DNA of 64,000 nt from Hydrolagus colliei. Lineage: Eukaryota. The position numbers and the translations under genes were made by a program. Every line of letters starts with the position of its first letter. Within the stretch, counting starts at the first letter, position 1. The notes beneath the pieces were generated by a model. That model ran no database searches. It worked only from the letters and a program-made list of their open reading frames with translations, and was not told where the DNA came from. Positions 36,226 to 48,899 of the stretch are shown here, in pieces. The stretch covers positions 18,600,001 to 18,664,000 of the forward strand of contig CM068743.1 of the NCBI GenBank assembly GCA_035084275.1, given 5' to 3'.

Positions 36226-36675
36226 TTAGTATTAAAATACCAGGCAAGTTGAACCACTAAACATCATTGCACTGCTGACTACCAGAATTACATATTGTGA
36301 TTAAAGACAGGCCAAACTATCACCAAAGACAGGACATATTATAAGATAAGATACAAGCAGACCTTTAGAATGTAGATTTTCATTCTTCTGTTTTCTGCAC
36401 AACTTTTTCAGTACAGATTTCATCAGAGAACGATAACAGAATATTGTTATGACACCTTCATACAAAATTCCATAACATGAAAGGTATCTGGTTACAATGC
36501 ACGCACATTGAGAATCTGTGCATGCTGTGAAACTTTGCACCGTGAATTTTTAAAAAATTATAATAATTGAAATTTGTTAATAATTAATCAATAATTTGTT
36601 TTACATCTGAAAATTCAATGGCACTTGCTGAAGAACAAAAATGAAATCTAGGACAGAAAGAAAAGGAGGCCGTTA

Positions 36676-37000
<325 letters not shown>

Positions 37001-37764
37001 CTGTAAAACACAAATGAGCATGCCTACATTCAAAATCTAGTGATGTCAATGAAATAAGTCATGGCAGTATATTACATGGGACCTGTTCAGCTAACACTCA
37101 CCTACTTTCTAGGGCTTGAACACGCAAGCTTGGGAATATATCTACACATTTTTGTGTCATAGATCAGGCAGATGAGTTGGACAATCATCAAAAATACTGC
37201 AGGGCTGCCCCTGGGTGTCCATTAATCAATTTTCCATTAATCAATTTGTTTCTAATTCTCATCGGGAACTGGAAAGAGCTTTCACTCTAATTTTCACACA
37301 TTACCATCCACACATAGGTCTCTTTGAAATTAGTTGCTTAGATTTTTTTCTTATATCATTTTAAACAAAAAAAACTGGAAAAACGCAAAATTTCAGTATG
37401 GAGTACCTTGGAGTACCTTAAGCCCCCCCCCTACTTCAAAAGCATTCATCCTCTAATACTAACTAAAGGAATGTCTGATGATAACAAAAAGAATGCAACA
37501 TCACTAAGTGGCCCGACTGAACTCGCATGGCTAATCTGTATCTGTCCAGAAAAACATTACTGAAACAACATGAAATAAACAAAATGACATGAAAGCACCC
37601 ATTATTCTTCCCAAAGCCTCTCACTGCACCAGTGGGGAATACTACTATTTCCTGTACCCACCCTGTCTAGCTTTCAACTCTCAATTTCATGCTATAAAAT
37701 GTGGAAAGATTAGAAAAGTGTAAGAAAAATTTAAAAAAAACCAACAAACTGGAGGGGAACAGTC

Positions 37765-38550
37765 CAACAACAACAACAACAAAATTAGATTTGTATAGCG
37801 TGTTTCACATCAGGAGGACATCCCAAGTCGTTGGACAGACAGTATTCCGGACCTGAGCTGGGAGCGGGAGAAGGTGTTTTGGGGAGGGGGAGGGTATGTG
37901 GCGGGGGGGGGAAAGAAGGTTGAACAAAAACAGTCAAAGCGAAGGGCCTTGAGGTGGATGTGGAAGGAGGCAAGGGATGGGGCGAGGTGAAGGGATTGTG
38001 TGATGGAATTCTAGAGAGTGGGGGCAAAGTGGCTGAAGGCCCGTCCGTCAATAGTGGGGCAGGTGAGGCCGCGGACATGAAGCAGGCCACACCCTGCTGA
38101 GCGGAGGGAGAGGCAGGTTGGAAGGGGTTAGGAGGTTGCAGAGGTAGGGTGTAACGAGGCCATGGAGGGCTTTGAAGATGAGGACTAGGATCTTGAACTG
38201 TATCTTCTGTGTGACGGGAAACCAGAGGAGGGGTGAAGGTGAGGGTGATTTGGTTATAGAGCCTCATACAGTAAAGGACTTGGGTTACAGAGTTCTGGAT
38301 GATCCGCAGCCTGTAGAGGCAGGAGTTGGGGAGGCCGGGTTTGTGTAATCAAGCCTGGATGTTATAAAAGCATGTATGAAAGTTTTAGCAGCCTGTGGTG
38401 TGAGTCAGTGGCAGAACCGGGCAATGTTACAGAGGTAGGGGAAGGCAGAGCAGGTCATGGCACGGATGTGGGGTAGAAAGGATAGGTGAGGATCAAACAA
38501 GGTGCCAAGGTTTCCAGACTGGCTTAGTGAGATGGATCCATGGATGCCCA
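37765..38550 (-). mobile_element. L2 LINE 3' fragment
   Basis: (caa)n tail start, homologous to the 44.1-44.8 kb copy. Confidence 0.8.
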
Positions 38551-38782
38551 TCGCATTGTGCTATGAAATTTTAAGCCTCAAAGTGAGACTAAATACAGAC
38601 TGCCAAGTATAGCTGGCATAATGGCTATGCCCACACCCTTCTCCCCACAAGAAATATGGTTCACTTCTAATAATAGGAAAGTAATACATTCTTCACTCTA
38701 TCAGACAAAAAAAAGTTTCTCAAAAAAAGTAGTTGTTTAAACCTTAAAATAGATTAAAATTACGAACGGAAGACATACTTAC

Positions 38783-38861
38783 CATTTGTGAAGAGAGGTT
38801 CAGGAAGTTTTCTGAAGAAAGATTTTAGTAAACTGCTGATAACATTCAAATCCCGCCATTT
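38783..38861 (-). CDS. ARHGAP21: ARHGAP21 RhoGAP exon [26 protein letters not shown]
   Basis: cacag|AAA...AAT G|gtaagt, 79 nt. LLKxFFRxLPEPL RhoGAP motif. Confidence 0.95.
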
Positions 38862-38958
38862 CTGTGGTTTGAAACAAACAATTTGATTCCAATTTAATAT
38901 TTATATATTTTAAAATAAAATGAAACAGAGAAAATCAAACAAGTCTTTCATAACTTAC

Positions 38959-39114
38959 ATCATCTAAGATGTCAATATCAGTGGTTGCCTTGTTGAGTTC
39001 CTCTTGTAAGTTTGAGATGGCAGCATTATTTCCTGGGACTCTGTAAATTCCAGTGTAGTCAAGTCCTCTTTCCTCAACCAAATTGCAACAAACTTCAACG
39101 ATCAATGGCACAAA
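38959..39114 (-). CDS. ARHGAP21: ARHGAP21 RhoGAP exon with arginine finger ([10 protein letters not shown]...[11 protein letters not shown]...DILDD)
   Basis: ttctag|TTT...GAT|gtaagt, 156 nt. Catalytic GIYRVPG is intact. Confidence 0.95.
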
Positions 39115-40242
39115 CTAGAAGATACAACATGAAATGCCGCTCCTATTAAATTCTTTTGAACTACATGTGAATAGCGGTCATGTGAAAATGTATACTGGAA
39201 CTATTTTAAAGCTACATAACATGCATCACAAATGCAATGGGTCAAATGCAATGGGTTGCTCATTTTAAGACTATTACTAGCAGATGAACATCATCACGTG
39301 GTCTGGCAACAAACACACCTGATTATATATTCTTCTAATGGTCCAACTAATTTTGCTGGGTGCTCAGAAGAAGCATTTGCATTTGATATAGCGCCTTTTC
39401 ATGTCTTCGAGACGGCTCAAAGCGCGTGACAGAACAAGAACCAAACCTCACCACCTGAAACTCCCCTCTCTTCCCCACTGCCTCTGAAGTGACATTCTTA
39501 CAGTACACCTCACAGCAGTGAATTTTGTAGCAGTTTTGATAAAGGTTCGGAATTATTCCACATATTTAACCTCCAGATTAAGAACTTTAATTTTTTGTTG
39601 GAAGGGCAGCAATATGCACAACATAAGGAAATAAATGAAAACAAAAAAGTATATGATAAACTGCATTACAGTGGGTCATTGTTTGTCATAGATGTTCAGA
39701 AAACATCTGTTAGGATCAGTAAGTACAGAATACCTCAGGCTATCTAGACACCACATATTTGGAATACTGAAATAACCGGACAGGTTCTGGAAAAAAATTA
39801 TGCCTTTCCCCAAGATAAAAATCCCCCCCAAGCTTTCAAACGCCCGCCAGCTTGACCCTGGTTTAGCTGCAGGCCTCAATGGAGCTGCATCAGTCAGTGG
39901 CGAGTACAGACAGAACAATTGTTAGTTTTTTTTTATTGTTTATTTTATTTAAAAATTCATTATTATTCAATGTAAATGTTACAAGCATTTATTTGGATTT
40001 ATTTTATTTATTTTTAATGTTAAATATTAAGAGTATTAGCAATTAGCTGGAAAGTGCAGATAGCCGGACTCAATCTCCCCACTATTAGTCTGGTTGGTCT
40101 GGGCTCTAGTATAATTTGAATAGCTAATTGCATGCTAAGATAATACAAATTACAATTGGATGTAAAAGGTATGTTACGAGGTTTAGATAATGATAATGTA
40201 ATTCTTGTATTTGATACAGCACCTTTTACATTAGGAGAATAT

Positions 40243-40467
40243 AAATAATCCTTGCATTTTATGATTCAAAGTACTTCACAGAATATGTTGTAAAGTGAAT
40301 TGACTGTATATTTGCAGGCGTTAAAATGACCAATTTATTATTGTTTTTGTCGAAGGATTATTATCAGGCTTGCGGAGTAAGAAAACTTGCCCAAGATTTT
40401 GCCTGGAATTGAACCCAGGTCTCTCGCTTGCAGGGCGAGTGGTCTAACCACTGAGCTGCAGGACTCC
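40243..40467 (-). mobile_element. Deu-type tRNA SINE
   Basis: Reverse-complement head and tail of the family. Confidence 0.8.
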
Positions 40468-40583
40468 AAAGTGCTGTATATCTCAAAGTGAAAAAATATC
40501 TCAAAGTGCTTCACAGGATTCAATATACGGTATATTGACTACCTTTCTTGTGGGCGATATCTGCTCAATTCAGACAGGTAGTG

Positions 40584-41122
40584 CAGTAAAAGCCTGTTTA
40601 TCTGGCACCCGCGGAACCTGGCCAATGCCAGTTAAAGTGTCTGCCGGATATTCGGGCGGACAGCTGTCGAAAACCCACCACAAAAAAAATTAAGTTCTTT
40701 TAACACACACCGTACACACCATACACACCAGACTAAACAATAACAGATAATAACAGAATATTGTATTGTTACTTATTGTTAAAACTACTCTCTTGCGCTT
40801 CTCACCATTACTGGTTAAGGTTTATAGTCCAGCGATTCTTTTTAAAATGGAGGAAGCCAAGCGGGTGAAAAAAACGGCTGCGCGACTTTAAAGCCTTACT
40901 AGCGGCAAGCCGATAACCCTAGACTCTACTAGCGGCAAACCAATAACCCTAGACTCTACTAGTGGCAAACCGAAATACTGTACCTTCGTGACAATGACTC
41001 ATAAATGCTCCACCGCTATTGTTCCGGTTAAGTTCCAGTTTATTGAATAGGGACTTTTTTTTGGCGTGCCGAATATAGGAAAGTGCCGGTTCATCGAGTC
41101 ACGCATAAACAGGCTTCTATTG
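40584..41122 (+). mobile_element. Tigger/pogo-like MITE with an internal ~29-nt tandem repeat (40890-40975)
   Basis: TIRs cagtaaaagcctgtttat / ataaacaggcttctattg followed by TA. Related copy at 54375-54877. Confidence 0.7.
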
Positions 41123-41723
41123 TACAATGGGAAACGGTTAAGCCAAACATATCAGGAGCGACCACCTTTAAGTGGCGTCCGAGGCTAACCGCAGCTTTCT
41201 TACCTCCTCCTACCTGCACAGGAGTGATAGCGCCTCCTCCCTTCCAATGCCATTCCCAATTGGACGGTAAGGGGACCAACTATAGGCAGCTCTGAGGTGA
41301 TTGACAGACTGAAGCCACTTGTGAATGGATGGACTCCAGGCTTGTCAATCAATCAATTGTGATTTAACTTCTCCCATTCCTCCCTTGGTTCTTCCCAATG
41401 GCTCTGCCACCTTACTGATTGACAGCCTAGAGTCCCTTGGGAATGGCTGGAGTCTGCTTTCAATCAATCAAAATTTGACTCTCTCCACCTCTGTACCAGA
41501 GAGTGGCAAGCGAGAAGACGCAGTGACGACTAGCGAGGCATTTTGTCCAGAGTAACTGTACAGTCCACTATACAGATAAAATATATTCCACTATGCTTAG
41601 GATGACTCACAAACCAATGTTTTTTTTCTATTGTTTAAAAAAGTGTGTTTACTTCATTGGTTAGATAAGAATGTACAATGGAAGTATTTAGATCTGAAAT
41701 TCCATGAGGCAATATCACCTTAC

Positions 41724-41866
41724 CTTGTTGTTATGTGCAGGTGGACAGTCGTCTAACCTGACACCAAATGTTATACCAGGACCTGGTTTCTTTTCAAACG
41801 TCTTTCTCATGATGCTAGGAATGCCTCTTCGCCACGTCCCCTTGTCCTTTGGTGGACTTGTGTCAT
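41724..41866 (-). CDS. ARHGAP21: ARHGAP21 exon [47 protein letters not shown]
   Basis: tatcag|AT...AAG|gtaagg, 143 nt, phase 1/0. Confidence 0.93.
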
Positions 41867-42356
41867 CTGATAAAAAGATAAAATCTCATTGCTATGGTCC
41901 TACGATAAACAGTTATTGATATTAATCTCTGTTAGACTGCTATTGATATAATAGTTAAAATTTTGGGCACCCCATTATAAGAAAGATATCAAGCGATACG
42001 GTGCTATATCAAATATTATTATTATCATCATCAAGTGGATAAAAACAAAGCATAGGGGATCATGATAGGAGGGATGAGAGGTTTTAGATACAATGAAAGA
42101 CTGGAGGAACTGGGGCTTTTTTCTCCTCAAACAGAACAATGTTTAATTGTTCTGAGGGAGAAGGTTATTTATTATTGCAAGGATTATTCTTACTATTATT
42201 ATTTCATATATCACATTACTACTATTACTTCATATTATCATGTTAAATTGATTGTAATAATTAAACAAATGAGCATTTAAACAGAAATACTGATATAGAA
42301 CATGTAATCCCATGAAAAGACAGTATTAAATAAATGAGTTAACAAAATAGCTTTAC

Positions 42357-42493
42357 TTATTAGTTTTCTTTCAAATTCTTGCTTTGGAGAATGGGGGCTT
42401 TTTGGATCGTTTTTGGTCCCCAGGAAGGTTTGCCTGATACTGAGTGACTGACGGGGAGTTTTCGGAGATGCTTCGGTCTTGCTCCCGGAAGAA
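42357..42493 (-). CDS. ARHGAP21: ARHGAP21 exon [25 protein letters not shown]...[14 protein letters not shown]
   Basis: Acceptor ttcag|T, phase 2. The 3' boundary is ambiguous: A|gtaaag at 42357, or G|ctattt at 42351 (see findings). Confidence 0.85.
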
Positions 42494-42771
42494 CTGAAAT
42501 AAAAAGATACAGCAAGATCACATGAGAAACTTTGATGAAGATAGCCTTTTGATCCATATCACACTAAATAAATTTACATTTGAAGTGATTAGATAGGTTC
42601 CCAACTGAAACCTTTCAACAAACGTGCACATCAATATATCAGGGAAATTCAAACTTGGTTTCTCTTTGCAACAGATACGCATCACGTATAGAGTTTGGAG
42701 GCAGTTAGGATGGTTTTGTGCGGCGAAAACCGACCTTAGAGACTAGCCTGAAACAGCAGCACATTACTTAC

Positions 42772-42836
42772 CTCATCATAGTGCTGTATTCTTTAATCTT
42801 TCTGCTAATTAAATCTCGGCTGGTAACCCCTGTGTC
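42772..42836 (-). CDS. ARHGAP21: ARHGAP21 exon DTGVTSRDLISRKIKEYSTMM (helix after the PH domain, ARF-binding region)
   Basis: tgcag|GAC...AG|gtaagt, 65 nt, phase 0/2. Confidence 0.92.
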
Positions 42837-43619
42837 CTGCAAATTGAAAGAGCGTAGATGGGAATGATTTTTTTTTGCAAAAAGCATAGGAGCTTGCAGC
42901 AAGCAATGAGATCCCATTATCAAACAGTAACATTTACATGCACCAGAACACAAACTTGCAACACAATTCTGAAGCTTTCAGTGAGCTATTTTCACACGCC
43001 GACAGAACTTATCAGTACCACAAGCAGTGCCGCAAGTCGCTGCTTTTATCTCTTGGTTTTGTGAAAAACCTGAGCGTACATGTACAATGCTTGTTCAGTA
43101 AGTATTCCTGGGGGTTTCTCTGACAGAAATAATTACGTCAAATCTTCAATTGCAGACATACCAGCACCTCATGGTCATCTGTTTGGCAAGGAAGAGACTC
43201 TTATAATATATACAGATGTAATTGCAGTGCAACTGTAGATGCAATCTCTAAATTTGACTGAAACACGCAAGGAACTAATTGTTCTTTTTTACATGCAAAA
43301 CTTAGCCTACAATTTCAAAGTATTTGACAGTTTCAAGGTCTAAATCTCAGACCCCCTTTGCACCATTAATAATAATAATTTTTATAATCCATATAGTTCT
43401 TTTTACATCAGAATAATGTCCCAAACGTTTGACAAGATATACTGTAAGGTGCAGTGACTAGCCAATTCTTGTCGAGCAATGCAATTTATGCACAGTAAAC
43501 TCCTAAAAACGTGTCAGTCCCAGAGAAAGGAGCTCAACGACAGATTATGCAGAGTGTGAGTTGAGTTTAGGTCCTGTGACTGGTAGAGGTTGAGCATGTA
43601 TGCTCAGATGCATCGCAGA

Positions 43620-43870
43620 TACCTTCCACCATATCCTGTCACAGAATTGTTCGAATCTGGAATGCATTCCCTGAAAAGGTGGTGGAAGCAGATTCCATAA
43701 CAGCTTTTAAAAGGGAACTAGATCTTTATTTAGGAAGAGCAGGTCTGTTAGGTTATGGGGAGAGAGCTGGGCAGTGGGATTGAGTTGCTCTGTTCAAAGA
43801 GCCGGCACAGACGAGATGGGCCGAATGGCCTCCTTTTGTGCCGTATAATTCTATGATTCTATCATTCTAA
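43620..43870 (+). mobile_element. CR1 LINE 3' tail
   Basis: tggaatgcattccctgaaaaggtggtggaagc...gggccgaatggcctcc...attctatgattctat. Confidence 0.8.
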
Positions 43871-44057
43871 GTGGGGCAAGAAGCCACAGCACAGCCCTCC
43901 AATAGACCAGAGGTCTCTGGGGTGCATCTGAGCATCAAGCCCAACCTCCACCGACCCTGTGACACTAGTCACAGGATAGAGCGGTAAGCATCTTAGAAAG
44001 CAACCTTTCCAATCAATTTTACATAGAATTTTTAGAATGCAACTTGTTACGTATCAC

Positions 44058-44815
44058 CGACAACAACAACTTTGATTTATATAGCGCCCTCCACGCCGGA
44101 CGGCGTCTCAGAGCGCTTCACAATAGCGGATCCTGGGACCGAGCCAGGGGTAGAAAGGTGACTAAAGGTGTGGTCGAAGAGAAAGGTCTTCAGCTGGGAC
44201 CTGAAACTGAGAAAAGAGGGGGCAAGACGAAGGTAGTGAGGGAGGGAATTCCAGAGCCTCGGGGTATAGTGGCTGAAGGCACGGCCGCCGAGGGTGGAGC
44301 GGAGGATTTGGGGGACATGAAGGAGGTCAGACACGGTGGAGCGAAGGCAACGGGAGCTGTTTTGAGGAGAAAGGTCAGAGAGGTAGGGGGTGCAGAGGAG
44401 TGGAGGGATTTGAAAACAAGGTTGAGGATCTTGAAGTCGATCCTCTCGGGAATAGGGAGCCAGTGCAGTCTGGCAAGGCTGGGGTATGGGGGAGCGAAGT
44501 TTGGGTGAGTATGCGGGCGCAGAGTTTTGGATGAGTTGGATTTTATGGATTGTGGTGGAGGGGAGATTGGTGAGGAGGGCATTTGAATAGTCCAGGCGTG
44601 AGGTGACGAAGGCATGGACCAGGGTTTCAGCGGTTTTTGGGGTGAGGTATTGCCGGAGATGGGCTATCCGTCGGAGGTGGAAGAAGGCGGTGCTGGTGAG
44701 GGACTGGATGTGGGGGAGGAAGGACAGTTGGGGGTCGAACCTGGCGCCAAGGTTGAGCACAGGTTCGGAGAGTTTCAGGGGGAGACCAAGCGGAGTGACA
44801 AGAAAAGCGGAGTCC
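44058..44815 (-). mobile_element. L2 LINE 3' fragment, relatively young
   Basis: ORF 44077-44826 NLGARFDPQLSF...TLVHAFVTSRLDYSNALL...RAFSHYTPRLWNSLP, tail (ttg)n. Confidence 0.92.
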
Positions 44816-45019
44816 ATTATTAACATTTTTTACAGCATCGTAAGTGGTAGTGACAAATTAAGCCCGTACCTTGTTATTAGTTTACCATAAAAACATTTAT
44901 ATAAAATATGTAAAGTATGTTAATGCATTATTCAAGCAATATTAGTGCCATGGATACAATTAATGCCCATATCAAACTGATAATTCCCTATCCCTATTTT
45001 CCTTGTTCTTGTAACTTAC

Positions 45020-45316
45020 TTGGTCGTCGAGATTGCTGTTCTCTTGTATGGCCTTAATCCAGCCCAACATATCCTCCCTATCTTCAGCCTGAAACAAATA
45101 CTCGCATTCTGACGTGGTTAATCGGAATACATGCTTCCGCTTGGTTTCACTGTAGGAAATGTCTATCAAGCAGGCTTTAATGCTAATCGGTTGTTCTTCC
45201 TCAAACTGGCAAGATGCGTGAGAAGTCTTGTCCTTTTTGTCTTTGTACAGGTACAGAGTGTGTCCCCGAAGGACCGCATACATTTGTTTCCACGGCCGAA
45301 TGCTGCCACCCACACG
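45020..45316 (-). CDS. ARHGAP21: ARHGAP21 PH-domain exon [19 protein letters not shown]...[14 protein letters not shown]
   Basis: tgtag|CGT...CAA|gtaagt, 297 nt. Typical PH C-terminal [16 protein letters not shown]. Confidence 0.96.
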
Positions 45317-45909
45317 CTACAGCAATTGAAAATGAAATGCAGGTTAATATTTGAAAATCTACTACAAATACAGTAGCATATTGCAGTTTTTTTCACATTT
45401 GGATAACGTGTTCAATTCTTCCGTTCGCTCAAATATAAACACATAGTGATCCACACAATGCAGAAAATCACTCCAGAGTTCATGCGAAAATAATTTCCTC
45501 AATATTTCCACAGATTTCTTTCAATTCTTCTTCCCAATATAAAAACTACTGATTTATCAAATGTTACAAAACCCATTGTTGATCCTCTTTTCCTGTTATA
45601 AATCAATGTGGGGATTCAGAAAATGAAACAAATTGATAACTGGAATATTCAATAAATAGTTTCCTCCATTGAATGTACAGTATAAACATCAATGTCAAAC
45701 ATAACTGTCTTAAATGTATTTTCCAGGCATAGAGCAAAGTTTCATTACAATCATTCTTTGATAGAAGATTTATACAGTCACAAACCTACAAATGCAAACA
45801 CCAAAAACGAACAGATTACATTCTATTTGATGCACTTCTCTTTAGGTTTCCTGCATCATATAATTTCACTGTTAAATAAATAAGGAATAGATGTGTTTTT
45901 GAGCCCACT

Positions 45910-46162
45910 CCTGGTCTGCAGAGGGCTCCTCTGGAACTCCATCCCACAGTCCCTTGCCTCCTTTAAGGCCGGTCTCAAGACCCTCCTCTACGATTGTGCC
46001 TTCTGCTGGTCTCCCCACTCTTTCCCTCCCCTACCAGCTCTCTCCCGCCAGTCCCCCCTACTCTGCCCCTCTCCCTTGCTCGGGTCCCAACCTGACTGTT
46101 CAGCGCTTTGGGAAGTCCTCCCGATGTGGAAGGCACTCTATAAATGTAATTTTGTTGTTGTT
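45910..46162 (+). mobile_element. L2 LINE 3' tail
   Basis: ctctggaactcc...aaggcactctataaatgtaattttgttgttgtt. Confidence 0.7.
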
Positions 46163-47287
46163 AAGTCAATCCTATTATTCTGTGACAAGTTATAGCACGA
46201 AAGTGCCATACCTGTTCAGATTTATTTATGACAATTTTTATCCCATCATTCCTTTCTTTCTCCCCTCTAGTCATAGTTTCTAGGCCACGGGTCACCTTTC
46301 TGTACTTCACTCAAGGGTCATAGTTTCTGGGAGCAGTGAAAGCCCATGAAGCTCTTGGAAAATTTGCTCACTAATTTAGGCTGTTTGTTCCTCTGAATAC
46401 TGTCCAACAAATGAAAATTTTACTCAGCACTATTTATTGTTTTTCTCTGCCTCTATTGTATTATACATTGTCTGACGGATTCCAGAGCAGGTTGATTCCT
46501 GAATGCTAAGGCGTCAACGAATGTGGTAAAATAAATTTAGGTGGTTCTGACAGTCTTGGCTCTCAAATGCTCACTATTTTGCCTTAGGAATGGTTACTTG
46601 GCAATGTGTATGAGAAAGTTAAATAAAACTGGTTAGCGCAAGTTCCTTAATATTAACTATATTTAAAAGCATGTCATCTCAAACAATATTCATTAAAGAC
46701 AAGAAGGCAGTAGGAACAGAACTAATCCATTGTACTACTCTGAATCCTTCATTGCACCAAACACACAACAATGCAAAGAAGTCTTTGAACTCTTTTCCTT
46801 TGACCCTCGTCCAGCTCCAGAAACGTAATAGCGCATGTCTGAAAAATCCAGAGGTGAAAAGAGCTGGAACAGCATTGAAATGGCGCGGAGAGCACCACTG
46901 TCTCTTACCACCCACTTTCCTTGTGTATTCAAGTGACAATCTTGGGTTAATCTTACGATATTAGGTTGCATCAAGGCCCTAAGAACTGTCGACTTGCTCT
47001 TTCTGCATGCAACCTTCAGATAATGGAGACATTCACCCTCTTTAATTGTTGGGCTGACTTTAAACTCAAACATCGGAAGTGAAAGAGACGGTGCCCCATC
47101 CCTCAGTATTGAAAACAGGTAGACCCCACTGAACATTATTTCGTTATTGCGTTGCTGATACAGTGGGAACATCTATTCATTTAATGTTGCAATGTTCGCT
47201 ATTAGGTCATTCGCGCAGGTGGAAAGGGGGCACGACGGCGCTAGGATTTGGGAGTGAGCCAGACCGGCAGCTACTGAGACTGGCAGT

Positions 47288-47785
47288 NNNNNNNNNNNNN
47301 NNNNNNNNNNNNNNNNNNNNNNNNNNNNNNNNNNNNNNNNNNNNNNNNNNNNNNNNNNNNNNNNNNNNNNNNNNNNNNNNNNNNNNNNNNNNNNNNNNNN
47401 NNNNNNNNNNNNNNNNNNNNNNNNNNNNNNNNNNNNNNNNNNNNNNNNNNNNNNNNNNNNNNNNNNNNNNNNNNNNNNNNNNNNNNNNNNNNNNNNNNNN
47501 NNNNNNNNNNNNNNNNNNNNNNNNNNNNNNNNNNNNNNNNNNNNNNNNNNNNNNNNNNNNNNNNNNNNNNNNNNNNNNNNNNNNNNNNNNNNNNNNNNNN
47601 NNNNNNNNNNNNNNNNNNNNNNNNNNNNNNNNNNNNNNNNNNNNNNNNNNNNNNNNNNNNNNNNNNNNNNNNNNNNNNNNNNNNNNNNNNNNNNNNNNNN
47701 NNNNNNNNNNNNNNNNNNNNNNNNNNNNNNNNNNNNNNNNNNNNNNNNNNNNNNNNNNNNNNNNNNNNNNNNNNNNNNNNNNNNN
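47288..47785. other. Assembly gap (N run)
   Basis: Run of n. Confidence 1.
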
Positions 47786-47885
47786 GGGAGCGAGTATTAT
47801 GGGATTTTTAAAACAAAATTTTGACGAAAAATGTCCAAAAGAACCTAACTCCAGTTTTTACATTCATTCTTATGGGAAAAATGTA

Positions 47886-48899
47886 CCGTAAATACCCGCA
47901 TATAAGGCGCACTCGCGTATAAGACGCACCCCCCACTTTTGACCTTTTCTTGGTGAAAAAAAACGGAAGCATTTTCGATGATATTGCCGGTAGAAGGGAG
48001 GGAGGCAGGAGAGACAGGTAGGTAGGGAGGGAGAGTGGGAGGCAGGCAGGCAGGGAAGGAGAGAGAAAGGGAGAGAGGGAGGGAGAGAGGGAGGCAGGCA
48101 GGCANNNNNNNNNNNNNNNNNNNNNNNNNNNNNNNNNNNNNNNNNNNNNNNNNNNNNNNNNNNNNNNNNNNNNNNNNNNNNNNNNNNNNNNNNNNNNNNN
48201 NNNNNNNNNNNNNNNNNNNNNNNNNNNNNNNNNNNNNNNNNNNNNNNNNNNNNNNNNNNNNNNNNNNNNNNNNNNNNNNNNNNNNNNNNNNNNNNNNNNN
48301 NNNNNNNNNNNNNNNNNNNNNNNNNNNNNNNNNNNNNNNNNNNNNNNNNNNNNNNNNNNNNNNNNNNNNNNNNNNNNNNNNNNNNNNNNNNNNNNNNNNN
48401 NNNNNNNNNNNNNNNNNNNNNNNNNNNNNNNNNNNNNNNNNNNNNNNNNNNNNNNNNNNNNNNNNNNNNNNNNNNNNNNNNNNNNNNNNNNNNNNNNNNN
48501 NNNNNNNNNNNNNNNNNNNNNNNNNNNNNNNNNNNNNGTAGGCAGGGAGGGAGAGAGAGAGGGGGAGGCAGGCAGGCAGGCAGGGAGGGAGGCAGGGAGG
48601 GAGGCAGGGAGGGAGGGAGGGAGGCAGACTGGGTTTGGCTGAAGGCAGGCAGCAGGCACAGCACTGAAGTCCGCTGTTGCTGTCGCTGCCCGGGCGGCCG
48701 AGGCCGAAGTCGCATCACCCGCTCCCCCCAAGCCCCGCCGGACACTGACCAAACCCCGGCTGACAGCGCGCCGGCCGCCCCTCCTGTTTACTGTATTTCC
48801 GAGGCTCAAAATTTATTGTACCTGCGTATAGGGCGCACCCCCAACTTTCGAGATCTTCCGACGTAATAAAAAGTGCGCCTTATACGCGGAGATTTACGG
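47886..48899. mobile_element. Tc2/pogo-like MITE nested in the outer element, with (GGGA/GGCA)n microsatellite
   Basis: TA-ccgtaaatacccgcatataaggcgcact ... agtgcgccttatacgcggagatttacgg-TA (25 of 28 TIR match, TA TSD). Confidence 0.85.
48105..48537. other. Assembly gap (N run) inside a G-rich microsatellite
   Basis: Run of n flanked by ggca/ggga repeats. Confidence 1.

Noticed and set aside
39724-40112. Possible additional Tigger-like MITE
   Set aside because: TIR match too degraded to support by eye.
40890-40975. ~29-nt direct repeats resembling a CRISPR-like array
   Set aside because: Contiguous tandem repeats with no unique spacers, inside a MITE in vertebrate DNA, with no cas genes.
47163-48809. 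ORFs of 168-333 aa
   Set aside because: They span N-gaps and microsatellite sequence, so they are artefacts.
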